Shown: positions 1 through 10,380 of the stretch, in pieces
Numbering within the stretch: the first letter of the stretch is position 1
Layout: the number at the start of each line of letters is the position of its first letter
DNA from: an uncultured Veillonellaceae bacterium
GTDB lineage: Bacteria; Bacillota; Negativicutes; JARBTT01
NCBI GenBank assembly: GCA_963805085.1
Contig: CAWDTA010000003.1
Location: 64,001 to 128,000 of the forward strand
Direction of reading: 5' to 3'
Length of the DNA: 64,000 nucleotides
Made by a program: the position numbers and the translations under genes
The notes under the pieces: model-generated
Database searches by the model: none
What the model saw: the letters and a program-made list of their open reading frames with translations, nothing else
Told to the model about the DNA's origin: nothing

Positions 1-1
1 A

Positions 2-559
2 AATGGAACCAACACAACGACAGATACGACTAACAATGCTGATGAATTTTTACAAGACTTAGCAGATTATTTGAAAAACACGAATACATCAGAAAATGCA
101 AGTAAGCCAAAAACAAGTGACGAGATCTTGAAAGAGTTAGCGGATTATCTAAAATCGGCTAATACATCAGACACATCCAGTACGACGGGCGAGACAAAAA
201 CTGCTGATCAAGTCTTAAAAGATCTAGTAGATTATATAAAATCAGCTAATAAATCTGAGACACCAAGTACGATAACAGATACAAGTGATAAGTTGTTGAA
301 AGATTTGGTAGACTATATTAAATCGGTGAATACATCGACGACATCAAGTTCAGTCTCAACTGCGGCAGTGGATACAACAAAAACAAGTGATGAAATATTG
401 AAATCTTTATCCGATTATATTAATTCGTTAGAATCATCTAATACATCAAGTACATTGAGTACAACGAGCACATTAAGTGAAGATGATTTTAAAAACTTGA
501 TGCAACAATATCAATTGGCAAGTGCTTCTTATGATAGCAATTCCAAATACATAGAGTAG
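2..559 (+). CDS. Ser/Thr-rich repeat protein, 5'-truncated by the window edge
   Basis: Frame is open from base 2 (NGTNTTTDTTNNADEFLQDLADYLKN...), so the TTG at 71 is internal. Five (S/A)DxxLxxLxDY(L/I)xx repeats are separated by S/T linkers. Confidence 0.75.
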   Translation, partial: NGTNTTTDTTNNADEFLQDLADYLKNTNTSENASKPKTSDEILKELADYLKSANTSDTSSTTGETKTADQVLKDLVDYIKSANKSETPSTITDTSDKLLKDLVDYIKSVNTSTTSSSVSTAAVDTTKTSDEILKSLSDYINSLESSNTSSTLSTTSTLSEDDFKNLMQQYQLASASYDSNSKYIE

Positions 560-588
560 TTATACTATTTAATAGCTAGATAAAATTT

Positions 589-637
589 AAAACGGGCATC
601 GACTTTGCATTGTGAAGTTGATGCCTGTTATTTTTTT
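589..637. terminator. Hairpin plus T-tract, REP-like copy 1
   Basis: AACGGGCATCGACTTT...GAAGTTGATGCCTGTTATTTTTTT; similar to 5864-5913. Confidence 0.65.
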
Positions 638-702
638 ACGCGGAAAAAATAAAACTGACACCATGTGATGATGTCAGTTTAGAGCAATTTAGTAATGAAG
701 TT

Positions 703-1479
703 TTAGTGGTTATTCAAGGCGGTTAAATACTGATCTTGTACTGTAGTAATATTATGCAACGCATTTTTGATATTTGTATTTGCATACTCAAAAACCATAG
801 TGGCCGTAGGTGCAGAAGCTTGAATGGATTCAAAGAATGGTTTCCATTCAATGTTACCTTCACCAATCGGCAAATGTTCATCGAGAGCACCTTGATTGTC
901 ATGAAGATGACAGGCTTTTAGGCGATTTCCTAGAGCGTGGACTATTTCAGGTAAATTCCAACCATTTATATGGGCATGACCGACGTCAAATAATGCGTCT
1001 GCTTCTGGGAGATCAGTGAGTAATTCAAGAAATTCTGGTTGGTCATAAAGGAGTGAATGCTTATTATAGAGGCCCACATTTTCAATTAAAACTTGGACAT
1101 GGTAAGTGGCGGCTAATGCTAAAATTTCTTTAAGACGGCTTTTGACCAATTGTCGTAGAGTTACTTTATCACCATCAAACGCTTCGTTCGTATGAACGAC
1201 TACATATTCCATATGCCAAGCAGCGGCAAATGAAAAGACATTTTTATATATGGTTAAATAATTTGTATTTTGGATATCTGCTAAATTATTGCTAATACAA
1301 GGAGCATGCATGCTTAAGCCCTGTGGAGTGCGCGAAATATATATTTCTTTTAAAATTTGATTCCAGTAAAAATCATTTCCGAATTCATAAAAAATTTCGA
1401 TTCCAATATTTTCGGGAAGCTTTTTTAGGGCAGAGTATTCAAACCCAGTGAAGGATAAATTACTAATGGCTAAGTTCAT
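703..1479 (-). CDS. Sugar-phosphate isomerase/epimerase (AP endonuclease 2 / xylose isomerase-like TIM barrel)
   Basis: Motifs SMHAP, IENV, FDVGHAH, HLHDNQG-DEHLPIGEG, FEY. Confidence 0.8.
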   Translation of the reverse strand: MNLAISNLSFTGFEYSALKKLPENIGIEIFYEFGNDFYWNQILKEIYISRTPQGLSMHAPCISNNLADIQNTNYLTIYKNVFSFAAAWHMEYVVVHTNEAFDGDKVTLRQLVKSRLKEILALAATYHVQVLIENVGLYNKHSLLYDQPEFLELLTDLPEADALFDVGHAHINGWNLPEIVHALGNRLKACHLHDNQGALDEHLPIGEGNIEWKPFFESIQASAPTATMVFEYANTNIKNALHNITTVQDQYLTALNNH

Positions 1480-1509
1480 GGATTGTTCCTCCTTAGAATG
1501 CTTTGATCA

Positions 1510-2607
1510 TTAAGCGAGTTGCGTACGAATTCTTTGTTCTGGATAGCCAATATTAGTGCCGTTGGCGTCATCAAATAGGCTGACATGGTTCCAAGAAAAT
1601 GAAAGATTTACCGATCCTTCTGCAATGATTTGTTCGGCGGGGGCCATGCATAGTACTTTCTGCCCTCCTTGGGTTAGGCGAACGTGGATGCAATGCTGAC
1701 TGCCAAGATGCTCAATAAAGTCGGTAGTTCCTGCAAGTGAACTTTTGCTAGTCAAAGAGCAATGTTCTGGTCTTATTCCTAATGATAATTGGGGATATTG
1801 TGCAACACGAGGGAGCCATTCGACAGGAATAGATACGCGTGTTCCATCTATCCATAGCGCACCATCTTCAAACTTACATTTGAGGAGGTTCATTGGTGGG
1901 ATGCCAATAAAGGAAGCGACAAAGACATTGGCAGGTTTAGTATAAATATTGTCGGGTGTATCTAGTTGTTGTAAAACTCCGTGTTTCATAATCGCAATAC
2001 GCTGTCCAACGGTCATAGCTTCTATTTGGTCATGTGTAACATATATCATGGTAGATTGATATATTTCGTGGATTTTTACTAACTCTGTTCTGGCTTGCTG
2101 GCGAAGTTGGGCGTCAAGGTTAGAGAGGGGCTCATCTAAGAGAAAGAAAGGAGCCTGTTTTACGAGCGCACGTCCTAAGGCTACGCGTTGTTTTTGTCCG
2201 CCTGAAAGCTCGCTTGGCTTACGTTGTTCATAGCCCGATAAGTTTAGAATTTCGAGGGCTGTTTTTACGCGAGATTTAATTTCATCTGTAGGTAATTTTT
2301 GAATATTGAGCCCAAAGGTAATGTTTTCCCATACTGTCATGTGCGGATATAAGGCATAGTTTTGGAATACCATGGCAACGTTGCGCTGGCCAGGTGCAAG
2401 GTCATTGACTACTTTGCCACCCATTTTTAGGGTTCCAGAGGTTATACTTTCTAGTCCAGCTACCATGCGTAATGTAGTGGTTTTGCCACAACCGGATGGG
2501 CCAAGTAGAATCAAGCGCTCTCCTTGTTTTATCGTTAAATTTAGGTTGGTTACTACATTCGTATCGTTATAGGACTTGCATACATCTTCAAAGATAATTC
2601 CATTCAT
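1510..2607 (-). CDS. ABC transporter ATP-binding subunit (UgpC/MalK family)
   Basis: GPSGCGKTT, VFQNYALYPHM, LSGGQKQR, DEPLSNLD. Start moved to MNGIIF at 2607 because the longer ORF overlaps the permease. Confidence 0.92.
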   Translation of the reverse strand: MNGIIFEDVCKSYNDTNVVTNLNLTIKQGERLILLGPSGCGKTTTLRMVAGLESITSGTLKMGGKVVNDLAPGQRNVAMVFQNYALYPHMTVWENITFGLNIQKLPTDEIKSRVKTALEILNLSGYEQRKPSELSGGQKQRVALGRALVKQAPFFLLDEPLSNLDAQLRQQARTELVKIHEIYQSTMIYVTHDQIEAMTVGQRIAIMKHGVLQQLDTPDNIYTKPANVFVASFIGIPPMNLLKCKFEDGALWIDGTRVSIPVEWLPRVAQYPQLSLGIRPEHCSLTSKSSLAGTTDFIEHLGSQHCIHVRLTQGGQKVLCMAPAEQIIAEGSVNLSFSWNHVSLFDDANGTNIGYPEQRIRTQLA

Positions 2608-2615
2608 TTTAAAAT

Positions 2616-3443
2616 CTATCCTTTCACACCAGATTGCAGAAATGTATTGATAATAAAGCGTTGGCAAACTAAGTATAAAAGCAGTGGCGGTAAGGAGGTG
2701 AGTGTAGCCACCGCCATGGCAATACCCCATTCACTGCCGCCTTCGGCGCTGATAAACATTTGTAGTGCAATTGGCAGTGTATAGCTAGCCTTGTCATTTA
2801 GTACGAGTAGTGGCCAGAAGTATTGATTCCACGAATCGATAAAGAAGACAATTCCCATTGCAAAGATGGCGGGTTTGATGAGTGGTAACATGATACGGGT
2901 CAAAATGTGCCAAGAACTGGCATTTTCTAATTGCCCTGCCTCAATAAGGGGCTTGGGAATACCACGCATTGTTTGGCGCATCAGAAAGATTCCCATGCCA
3001 TCAGCTAACTGTGGCAATATGACGCCTAGTGGAGTATTTAGTAAGCCAAGCTTAGATATTAGCAAGTAGTTTGGCATAATGATCACAGTGATCGGAATGA
3101 AAAAGGTAAACAATAGTGCATTAAAGATTTTTTCTTTATGGGGAAAATCATAATAAACAAAGGCAAAGCCTGCGATGAGACTGGTGAAAATTTTGGCAAT
3201 AGTAATACCGCTGGCAACGATAAATGTATTGATGATATAGCTGCCGAGTGGTAGGGTATGAAGTACGCGTAAATAATTATCTAAGATAACGGAAGTAGGA
3301 AAAGGATTTAGAGTAGCAGTAAAAATTTGATCCATCGTTTTAAACGAAGTGGAAACCATAAACAATAGCGGCCATAACTCTATTAAAACAACTACAAACA
3401 GTAAAATATGCCAATGAAAATTGTAGTTTTTATTAATTTTCAT
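2616..3443 (-). CDS. Carbohydrate ABC permease (UgpE-like)
   Basis: Multiple TM helices, EAA-like loop LIEAGQLENAS, WNQYFWPL. Confidence 0.9.
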   Translation of the reverse strand: MKINKNYNFHWHILLFVVVLIELWPLLFMVSTSFKTMDQIFTATLNPFPTSVILDNYLRVLHTLPLGSYIINTFIVASGITIAKIFTSLIAGFAFVYYDFPHKEKIFNALLFTFFIPITVIIMPNYLLISKLGLLNTPLGVILPQLADGMGIFLMRQTMRGIPKPLIEAGQLENASSWHILTRIMLPLIKPAIFAMGIVFFIDSWNQYFWPLLVLNDKASYTLPIALQMFISAEGGSEWGIAMAVATLTSLPPLLLYLVCQRFIINTFLQSGVKG

Positions 3444-4311
3444 AGTGCACCAACTTATTTAAGAATTTGCTCTTAATTACTAAAAAGCCAGCGTATACAA
3501 GCATGGTGAGTACAGCAAAGGCAGAGGCTTTACCTGTTTGGAAAAATACAAAGCCATATTGATAGACAATATATACTAAATTCGTACTGCCTTGATCGGG
3601 GCCGCCTTGCGTCAGCATATTAATTGGAACCAAGACATATTGTAAGCCAAAGACAATGGTAATAACGAAAACGTATAGTGCAGTTGGTGAAGTAATGGGT
3701 ACGATGATATGACGGAATATATGCCAATTTGAGGCATTTTCCAATTTAGCGGCTTCGATTAGATCCATGGGAACAGCTACCATGGCTGAGAAGAGGACAA
3801 TCAAGTTATAGCCAAATACTTTCCACCCAATGATGAAGCTAATCGCCATAATCACAAAACTAGGATCTTTAAACCAGCTTGGTGAATCTAAACCTATAGT
3901 TGATAATAGTAAACTAATTGGGCCAGCTAATGGATTAAATATCCAGAGAAAAATAATACTAGCTACTGCTAGGGATAAGGTACTGGGAATAAATAATAGT
4001 GAACGATAAAAAAAGCTAAAACGATGAATTCTGTGCGCCATGACAAAGGATAATAGATAAGGCAACAGAAAATTAATGCTTACTAGGATTGTGATATAAA
4101 GGAAGGTATTAGAAAGTACTTTTAGTAATTCTGGTCCAGATATCAGCTGGAGGTAGTTTTGCAGACCGATAAATTTCATATTTGGACTGACCATATTCCA
4201 AGAATGGAAACTTAGCCAGATATCCTGTAATAAGGGCCAGTAGGAGAATAACAAGGATACAATGACTGCAGGAGCTAGAAACAATGCTGGTCGCCAATGG
4301 TAATGCTTCAT
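3433..4311 (-). CDS. Carbohydrate ABC permease (UgpA-like)
   Basis: EAAKLENAS loop, LTQGGP...TNLVY. Start set at MKHYH. Confidence 0.88.
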   Translation of the reverse strand: MKHYHWRPALFLAPAVIVSLLFSYWPLLQDIWLSFHSWNMVSPNMKFIGLQNYLQLISGPELLKVLSNTFLYITILVSINFLLPYLLSFVMAHRIHRFSFFYRSLLFIPSTLSLAVASIIFLWIFNPLAGPISLLLSTIGLDSPSWFKDPSFVIMAISFIIGWKVFGYNLIVLFSAMVAVPMDLIEAAKLENASNWHIFRHIIVPITSPTALYVFVITIVFGLQYVLVPINMLTQGGPDQGSTNLVYIVYQYGFVFFQTGKASAFAVLTMLVYAGFLVIKSKFLNKLVHYEN

Positions 4312-4399
4312 GTTTTTAATCCTTTCCACTTTTTCATAGATAATAAAGAATGCCGAATAAGCCGGTGGGCTATTGCGGCATTCTTTTATATAGACGTAC

Positions 4400-5701
4400 T
4401 TATTGAAGAAGGGCATTTACTTTATCAGCAGCTTGTTTTAGTGCATCGGCGGCTGATTGTTTGCCACTTAAAATCACATCTCGTACATCAATCAGTGCTT
4501 GTTCAGCCTGTAGTCCATTAGCACCAGGGAAACTTGCCCATTTTACAACATCGGGCATTTGTGACATAGCGGATTGCATATTTTTATTTTGTGCAACAAA
4601 ATCTTTTAACCCATTCGGATCTTCGGTTACTCCCTTACGTGGTGGTAAGTACCCAGTTCCTTTTGTCCAAAGAGCCAAAGAAGCAGGGGTTTCAAGGAAT
4701 TTAACAAAACGCCAAGCTGCTTTTTGTTTTTCAGCATCTTTGGAAAAAATCATTAACATATTACCGCCAGCTGGTACTTTTCTTGCCTTGCCATCAAAAG
4801 TTGGGAAAGCGGTACTCATAACAGTAAATTTGGCACTTTTTTCAAAATTTTCTCGTTTGCCAATCGTTGTACAGACCATACCGACTTTACCACTGAGAAA
4901 AGCTTGAAAAGCTTCTTCGTTGCTTGCATGAAGACCAGTGCCTGCTTTCACCATATCGGCAATGATTTGATATGCTTGAGCTGCTTCTGGAGAATCAAAG
5001 GCTGCTGCGATTTTACTATCTTTTTTAGTTAACATTTTACCGCCGTTAGATTCAATTAAGGCTTGTTGTGCCCAGTTGTCTGCGTATTCTTGCATGAAGA
5101 AACCAACATTGCCAGTCTTATCTTTGATTGTTTGCGCATATTGTGTTACTTCTTGCCAAGTGCGTGGCGGTTTATTAGGGTCTAGTCCAGCTTGTTTAAG
5201 AATATCGGGATTGTAATATAATACAGGAACACTTACTGAATATGGTAGACCAATTTGTTTGCCATCATCGGTTGTTGCCAAGGCGATAATGTTCGGCAGA
5301 AAATTATCTTGCATGAAGTTTTTATCTTCAGGAGCTTGTTTACTTAAGAGTTCTGGGATGTCATCATACTTTAAATTTTCACCTGCATAATTTAAGTAGC
5401 TATAGCCCATTTGCACAACATCTGGATTTTTACCAGAGGCCATTGCTGCTTGGAGGTTTTGTGTTAGGCCTTTATACATATCAGGATTGTATTTTTCTAC
5501 GACCTCAATATCAGGATTTTCTTTATTAAACTCTTCAATTAGCTGTTTAACTGTAGTACCACCAAAACTTTCGGCATTTACATGCCAATATTCAATCGTA
5601 ACTTTTTGATTGCTTTTTTGTGCAGTACCACAGCCAGAAAGGGCAATGGCAAAGGCACTTAAACATAAGAATACAATCAGTTTTGTGAATCTTTTCAACA
5701 C
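4400..5701 (-). CDS. ABC substrate-binding lipoprotein (UgpB-like, SBP family 1)
   Basis: Lipobox LSGC; IEYWH, PVLYYN, PPRTWQE, TGYLP. Confidence 0.9.
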   Translation of the reverse strand: MLKRFTKLIVFLCLSAFAIALSGCGTAQKSNQKVTIEYWHVNAESFGGTTVKQLIEEFNKENPDIEVVEKYNPDMYKGLTQNLQAAMASGKNPDVVQMGYSYLNYAGENLKYDDIPELLSKQAPEDKNFMQDNFLPNIIALATTDDGKQIGLPYSVSVPVLYYNPDILKQAGLDPNKPPRTWQEVTQYAQTIKDKTGNVGFFMQEYADNWAQQALIESNGGKMLTKKDSKIAAAFDSPEAAQAYQIIADMVKAGTGLHASNEEAFQAFLSGKVGMVCTTIGKRENFEKSAKFTVMSTAFPTFDGKARKVPAGGNMLMIFSKDAEKQKAAWRFVKFLETPASLALWTKGTGYLPPRKGVTEDPNGLKDFVAQNKNMQSAMSQMPDVVKWASFPGANGLQAEQALIDVRDVILSGKQSAADALKQAADKVNALLQ

Positions 5702-5763
5702 AGATACCTCCCCAAATTTATAATGTATACGTTTTTAAGTTTAACTTGCGCTGAGATAGAGTT

Positions 5764-5801
5764 GGTTAAGAAGATGTTAAGATTAGATTAATTTATATTA
5801 A
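5764..5801 (-). promoter_or_regulatory. Pho-box-like direct repeats (TTAA(C/T)N, 10-11-bp period)
   Basis: Minus strand reads TTAATA-TTAATC-TTAACA-TTAACC, upstream of the ABC operon and a TAAACT -10-like hexamer. Confidence 0.55.
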
Positions 5802-5863
5802 TAAACTAAAACATAACATTTATTAATGGGGCGGCTATACAGAAAAGTGCTAGATTGGAAAAT

Positions 5864-5913
5864 AAAACAGGCCCCGACTTTGCATCGGGCAAAGTTGGGG
5901 CCTGTTATTTTTT
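5864..5913. terminator. Hairpin, REP-like copy 2; terminator for 5916-6404
   Basis: AAAACAGGCCCCGACTTTGC...GCAAAGTTGGGGCCTGTTATTTTTT. Confidence 0.65.
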
Positions 5914-5915
5914 GG

Positions 5916-6404
5916 TTATATTCCGTGTGAATATAACGGCGTTGTAATGTTATAATTAAAACTAGCTGGGATACTTTTTTCGATCAATTTACTTGTCGTT
6001 TTTGATTTGCTGTAGACCTTGAACGCAATTACTTTTTGTTGTTCATGATTAAAGCAAACATTGGTACTTATTTGTAAATTATAACTTCTTAGTTTGTCAG
6101 CAAAAGCTTTACCTGTTTCAAGATTTTGCGAGGTTACCTCATAGACAAATACTTTATCTTTATCTAAGTAATGTAATACTTTAGGGGGCAGATAATTGCC
6201 TAAGAAGGTAGCCAAGAATATTGCTGCATATGCATATTCTCCGGTTTGCTGTGATGCGTATACGAAAGCTACGACGCTTAGAGAAGCACATACAGCTGCG
6301 GCAAAATATTTGTCCTTACATACAAATATCGTTTTGAAAACATTAAACCCGCAATCCACTAGTTTTATCGAAAATAGTGGAATTAAGGATAGTAAGATTG
6401 TAAT
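5916..6404 (-). CDS. Membrane protein, DUF5698/DUF2179-like, probable ATT start
   Basis: Hydrophobic N-half (FLATFLGNY) and a small soluble C-domain. Frame is open 15 codons upstream of the called GTG to an ATT 7 nt after AGGTGA. Confidence 0.6.
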   Translation of the reverse strand: MTILLSLIPLFSIKLVDCGFNVFKTIFVCKDKYFAAAVCASLSVVAFVYASQQTGEYAYAAIFLATFLGNYLPPKVLHYLDKDKVFVYEVTSQNLETGKAFADKLRSYNLQISTNVCFNHEQQKVIAFKVYSKSKTTSKLIEKSIPASFNYNITTPLYSHGI

Positions 6405-6802
6405 TATTTTATCACCTACATTTCATTATATTAAGCAGTCTCCGTCACATATAAAAAAAAGAACTCCCCTCGCTAACCATTAAGCAAGTGACTTCATTCT
6501 AATAGCACCTATATAGTAAAGTAAAAAAAGCTTATAAAGGTATGATATCCTATTGAAGCTGATTTGTCAAGAAAATTATTTTGGTGATGTCATAGGCATA
6601 CTAAATTAAAACATATAATATAGAAATATTGCGAATCCATCATAAAATCATGGAAAAGTTTGGGGCTTTAAGTAATTGCTTTTTGACAGAATAATGGATA
6701 TTATAAATTTATTATAGTACAAGCCTGTTACCGAAAAAAATTGACTTTCTCATAATTGGAAAATATAATCATATTACAATGTAATACAAAGGAGGACGTA
6801 TC

Positions 6803-7348
6803 ATGAATTTAATTCATACTATTCAGGAGTGGATTTGGAGTTTTATTGTTGCTCTTGGAATAGCTTTTTTTATTAATATTTTTGTTGGTGAGCATATGGT
6901 GGTAGAAGGACATTCAATGGATCCAACATTACAAAATCAAGAACACTTAGTAGTATCTAAGTTATCTCGCACGCTGAATCAATTACCTGCATATGGCGAT
7001 ATTGTTATCGTTGATAGTCGGGTAAATAGAGAACGGAGTGTAAAAGACAATTTAGCAGAACCTGTTGCAAAATTTATTAGTCAACAAAATTATATTTATG
7101 TTAAAAGGGTAATAGGCAGACCTGGAGATGTACTAGAATTTAAAGATGGCAGCGTTTTTAGGAATAGTGTAAAGCTTGATGAGCCATATATTTTAGAGCC
7201 TATGAAGTATTCTGTAGACAAAACAGTTATCGTGCCAGATAAAAGTATATTTGTAATGGGCGATAATCGAAACAATAGTATGGACAGTAGATTTATTGGA
7301 AATATTCCATTAGATCATGTTTTAGGCGTAATGTTTGCTAAAATTTAA
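6803..7348 (+). CDS. lepB: Signal peptidase I
   Basis: GHSMDPTL, YVKRVIG, GDNRNNSMDSR; GGAGG RBS. Confidence 0.93.
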   Translation: MNLIHTIQEWIWSFIVALGIAFFINIFVGEHMVVEGHSMDPTLQNQEHLVVSKLSRTLNQLPAYGDIVIVDSRVNRERSVKDNLAEPVAKFISQQNYIYVKRVIGRPGDVLEFKDGSVFRNSVKLDEPYILEPMKYSVDKTVIVPDKSIFVMGDNRNNSMDSRFIGNIPLDHVLGVMFAKI

Positions 7349-7496
7349 AACTGCTAAATTAGAAGATAAAAAATTAAAATGAGAATAAATTAAGAGGGAT
7401 ATTCGTGTAGATATTGTGCGAATATTTCTTTTTGACCGTGGAAATAATGGGGCTGATTTGCGCAGCTTAGTGTGGGTAGCTAAATGAGGTGATGAA

Positions 7497-8432
7497 GTGA
7501 TTTTAAGTGTGAGCCGTAGAACTGATATTCCCAATTATTATGCAGAGTGGTTTTACAATCGTATGAAAGAAGGCTTTGTTCTTGTCCGTAATCCAATGAA
7601 TAGTCATCAAGTAAGTAAAATAGAAATAAGTCCTGAGGTTGTTGATTGTATCGTATTTTGGACTAAAAATCCATCACCAATGTTAGCGCGGCTAGATGAA
7701 TTAAAAGAGTATCCTTATTATTTTCAATTTACCCTGAATTCTTATGGCAAAGATGTGGAAGAATATGTTCCGGCAAAAGGAAATCGTTTGATTGAAACGT
7801 TTCAACGATTGTCGGATCGAATTGGTCGGCAAAGAGTGATCTGGCGGTATGATCCTATTTTGTTAAATGAGAAATACACCATTGAGTACCATCTTCATTA
7901 TTTTGACAAGCTGGCGGAAAAGCTACATGATTATACGGAGAAATGTACAATCAGTTTTATTGATTTTTATAGAAATATCAATGCTAACGTGAGAACTTTA
8001 AACATCCAGATTATTGGGGCAGAAGAAAAGCACGCACTGGCGGCAAATTTAGTAAAAATTGCTGAATTTTACCATTTTGAAATAGATACATGTGCAGAAG
8101 ATCTTGAACTGCGTGATTTAGGAATAGATCATGCTCGGTGTATTGATGCTCAGTTAATCGAAAAAATGCTTGGTTGTAAAATGAAGGTTGAAAAGGACAG
8201 GAATCAAAGACTAGCGTGTGGATGCGTGGAGAGTATTGATATTGGTATGTACAATACTTGTGTAAATGGCTGTAAATACTGTTATGCAAATCATAGCAGA
8301 AAGGCCGTTGAGAAAAATTTTAAGCAGCACGATAAACAGGCGCCATTGCTCTGTGGAATAGCAACAGAATCGGATGTTGTAAAAGTGAGAGCGATGAAAT
8401 CGTTAAAGAAAAAGCAGGCTGATTTGTTTTAA
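7497..8432 (+). CDS. DUF1848 family protein
   Basis: SRRTDIP, VFWTKNP, WRYDPI, C-terminal CGC...DIG-YNTCxxGCxYCYAN. Confidence 0.88.
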   Translation: MILSVSRRTDIPNYYAEWFYNRMKEGFVLVRNPMNSHQVSKIEISPEVVDCIVFWTKNPSPMLARLDELKEYPYYFQFTLNSYGKDVEEYVPAKGNRLIETFQRLSDRIGRQRVIWRYDPILLNEKYTIEYHLHYFDKLAEKLHDYTEKCTISFIDFYRNINANVRTLNIQIIGAEEKHALAANLVKIAEFYHFEIDTCAEDLELRDLGIDHARCIDAQLIEKMLGCKMKVEKDRNQRLACGCVESIDIGMYNTCVNGCKYCYANHSRKAVEKNFKQHDKQAPLLCGIATESDVVKVRAMKSLKKKQADLF

Positions 8433-8585
8433 GGACGCGAATCAACAGTATAGTGTGGATAAGGATTTTTTTATTAGGCACTATACTAAAGTGAGAAGCA
8501 AAGTTCGTTTTGTTGTGTTGACGTCATTAACTTGATACTCAATTTAGCATAGGCTAAGCATAGTACTGCTAGAATTTTGTAAATT

Positions 8586-8658
<73 letters not shown>

Positions 8659-8670
8659 AGAGGTGGACCA

Positions 8671-9573
8671 ATGAAAAAGATTGCAATTGTTGGCGCTCCA
8701 ATGTGGCTTGGACAAACCCATTTTGGGACAAGTTTAGGGCCAGATGCAATTCGTGCGGCTGGTCTTGTGGAAAAATTGCAGACAGTTAGTGATGATATTG
8801 TCGACGTTGGCAATATTACAATTGATAGCAAAATTGATGGAGTAGAAAGCAATTGTGGTAATATTAAAAATTTAGCAACGGTTCGTGATGGGGTTGAGCA
8901 TTTAGCGGAAGCTGTTTCTCAGATGGTGAGCGAAGGGAGATTTCCACTTGTTTTAGGTGGGGATCATAGTATCGCGATTGGGACTTTAGCTGGGATTGCA
9001 CAGCACTATCATAATCTAGGGGTTATTTGGTATGATGCGCATGCGGATAGCAATACTGCGGAGGTTTCACCGAGTGGCAATATTCACGGAATGTCATTGG
9101 CGGCAAGTGTTGGAATCGGGCATCCGGATTTAGTACAGGCAGGAGGTTATCAGAAGAAAATTAGACCAGAAAATGTTGTGCTAATCGGTGTACGTGATAT
9201 GGATCCAGCGGAGAAAAAAATTGTATATGATATGCCAATCAAAATTTTTACTTCGGAAGATGTAAAAGCGCGAGGAATCATTAGCGTGGTTGATGAAGCT
9301 ATTTCCTATTTGGCGCCGAAATGCGACGGTATTCATTTGAGCTTTGATTTGGATGTTGGTGATCCAAAGGAGATTTGTGGTGTTGGAACACCTGTTGCGG
9401 GCGGGATTGACTTTGATAAAAATCTAGAAGCAATGCGACAGCTGTCGCATTACAATGTCATTACTTCAGCCGAATTCGTGGAAGTAAATCCGGCATTAGA
9501 TAAGGATGGCAAAACAGTTGCAGCTACACTTGAATTTATCCAAGCTTTACTTAATGATGAGTTTACAAATTAA
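8671..9573 (+). CDS. rocF: Arginase
   Basis: GGDHS, DAHAD, SGNIHGM, SFDLD, GTPV, VEVNP. Confidence 0.93.
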   Translation: MKKIAIVGAPMWLGQTHFGTSLGPDAIRAAGLVEKLQTVSDDIVDVGNITIDSKIDGVESNCGNIKNLATVRDGVEHLAEAVSQMVSEGRFPLVLGGDHSIAIGTLAGIAQHYHNLGVIWYDAHADSNTAEVSPSGNIHGMSLAASVGIGHPDLVQAGGYQKKIRPENVVLIGVRDMDPAEKKIVYDMPIKIFTSEDVKARGIISVVDEAISYLAPKCDGIHLSFDLDVGDPKEICGVGTPVAGGIDFDKNLEAMRQLSHYNVITSAEFVEVNPALDKDGKTVAATLEFIQALLNDEFTN

Positions 9574-9579
9574 AACACA

Positions 9580-9631
9580 AAAAAAACAGGCTTCCCTTTT
9601 TGTATGATACAAAAGTGGAAGCCTGGTTTTT
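9580..9631. terminator. Bidirectional terminator
   Basis: CAGGCTTCC...GGAAGCCTG stem with A and T tracts between convergent genes. Confidence 0.75.
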
Positions 9632-9633
9632 GT

Positions 9634-10056
9634 TTAAGCATTCACAGGTTGTTTAATGGTACATCGCTTGGCGAAATGCTCAATAATTTCCCGGCGGCGA
9701 ATGATGCCGATAAAGATACCGCTATCATCCAACACTGGAACAAAATTCTGCACAATCGCGAGTGAGAGTAAATCTTCCATTTCCGCATCAATTCGTACGG
9801 GGGTATTTGTCATCCGCCTTGGGACATCTCTGAGCATAACTCGATCGGTATGAAGAAATGTTAAGCCTGGGGTATTTTTCATTTTCCATAATAAATCTCC
9901 CTCGGTGATGGTACCAGCATATCTGCCATCCTCATCAACGAGTGGAACTGCTGTATAACGGTGATACTCCATCTTTTCCAGCGCTTGCCTCATGGTTGAG
10001 TGCAAAGGTAAGTAAATGATATCTTTTTTTGCGATAAGAAAAAATGCTATATTCAT
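9634..10056 (-). CDS. CBS-pair protein (YkuL/DarB-like)
   Basis: YTAVPLVD...GTITEGD and FVPVLDD-GIFIGIIRRR. Confidence 0.85.
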   Translation of the reverse strand: MNIAFFLIAKKDIIYLPLHSTMRQALEKMEYHRYTAVPLVDEDGRYAGTITEGDLLWKMKNTPGLTFLHTDRVMLRDVPRRMTNTPVRIDAEMEDLLSLAIVQNFVPVLDDSGIFIGIIRRREIIEHFAKRCTIKQPVNA

Positions 10057-10380
10057 TAAGTAATCTCCTTTAACAATTGGCTAGTTATGATAAGAACAGC
10101 GATCAATATTTCAACGATTGCTCTTCAAAAAAAAGTGTCAGGGCAAACATAGTTGAATCATTTATAATCGTTTCTTAGTGATAGGCCTTAAGCTAATTAT
10201 AGCATGTAATCATGAAAAAATGATGTAAAAATCATGTAGAAATAATGAACAAATAATAAAAATAATGTAAAGAAGAACAATCGATTTTTTTTTGATTTGA
10301 TATAGAAAAATTCTCTTATTAGCGTTATGATAAGCAAAGAATATTTTATCTAGAAACGATTGGTGGAATAACGATTTTTT

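Noticed and set aside
4342-4390. Hairpin between the SBP and permease genes
   Set aside because: Ordinary intercistronic stem-loop typical of ABC operons.
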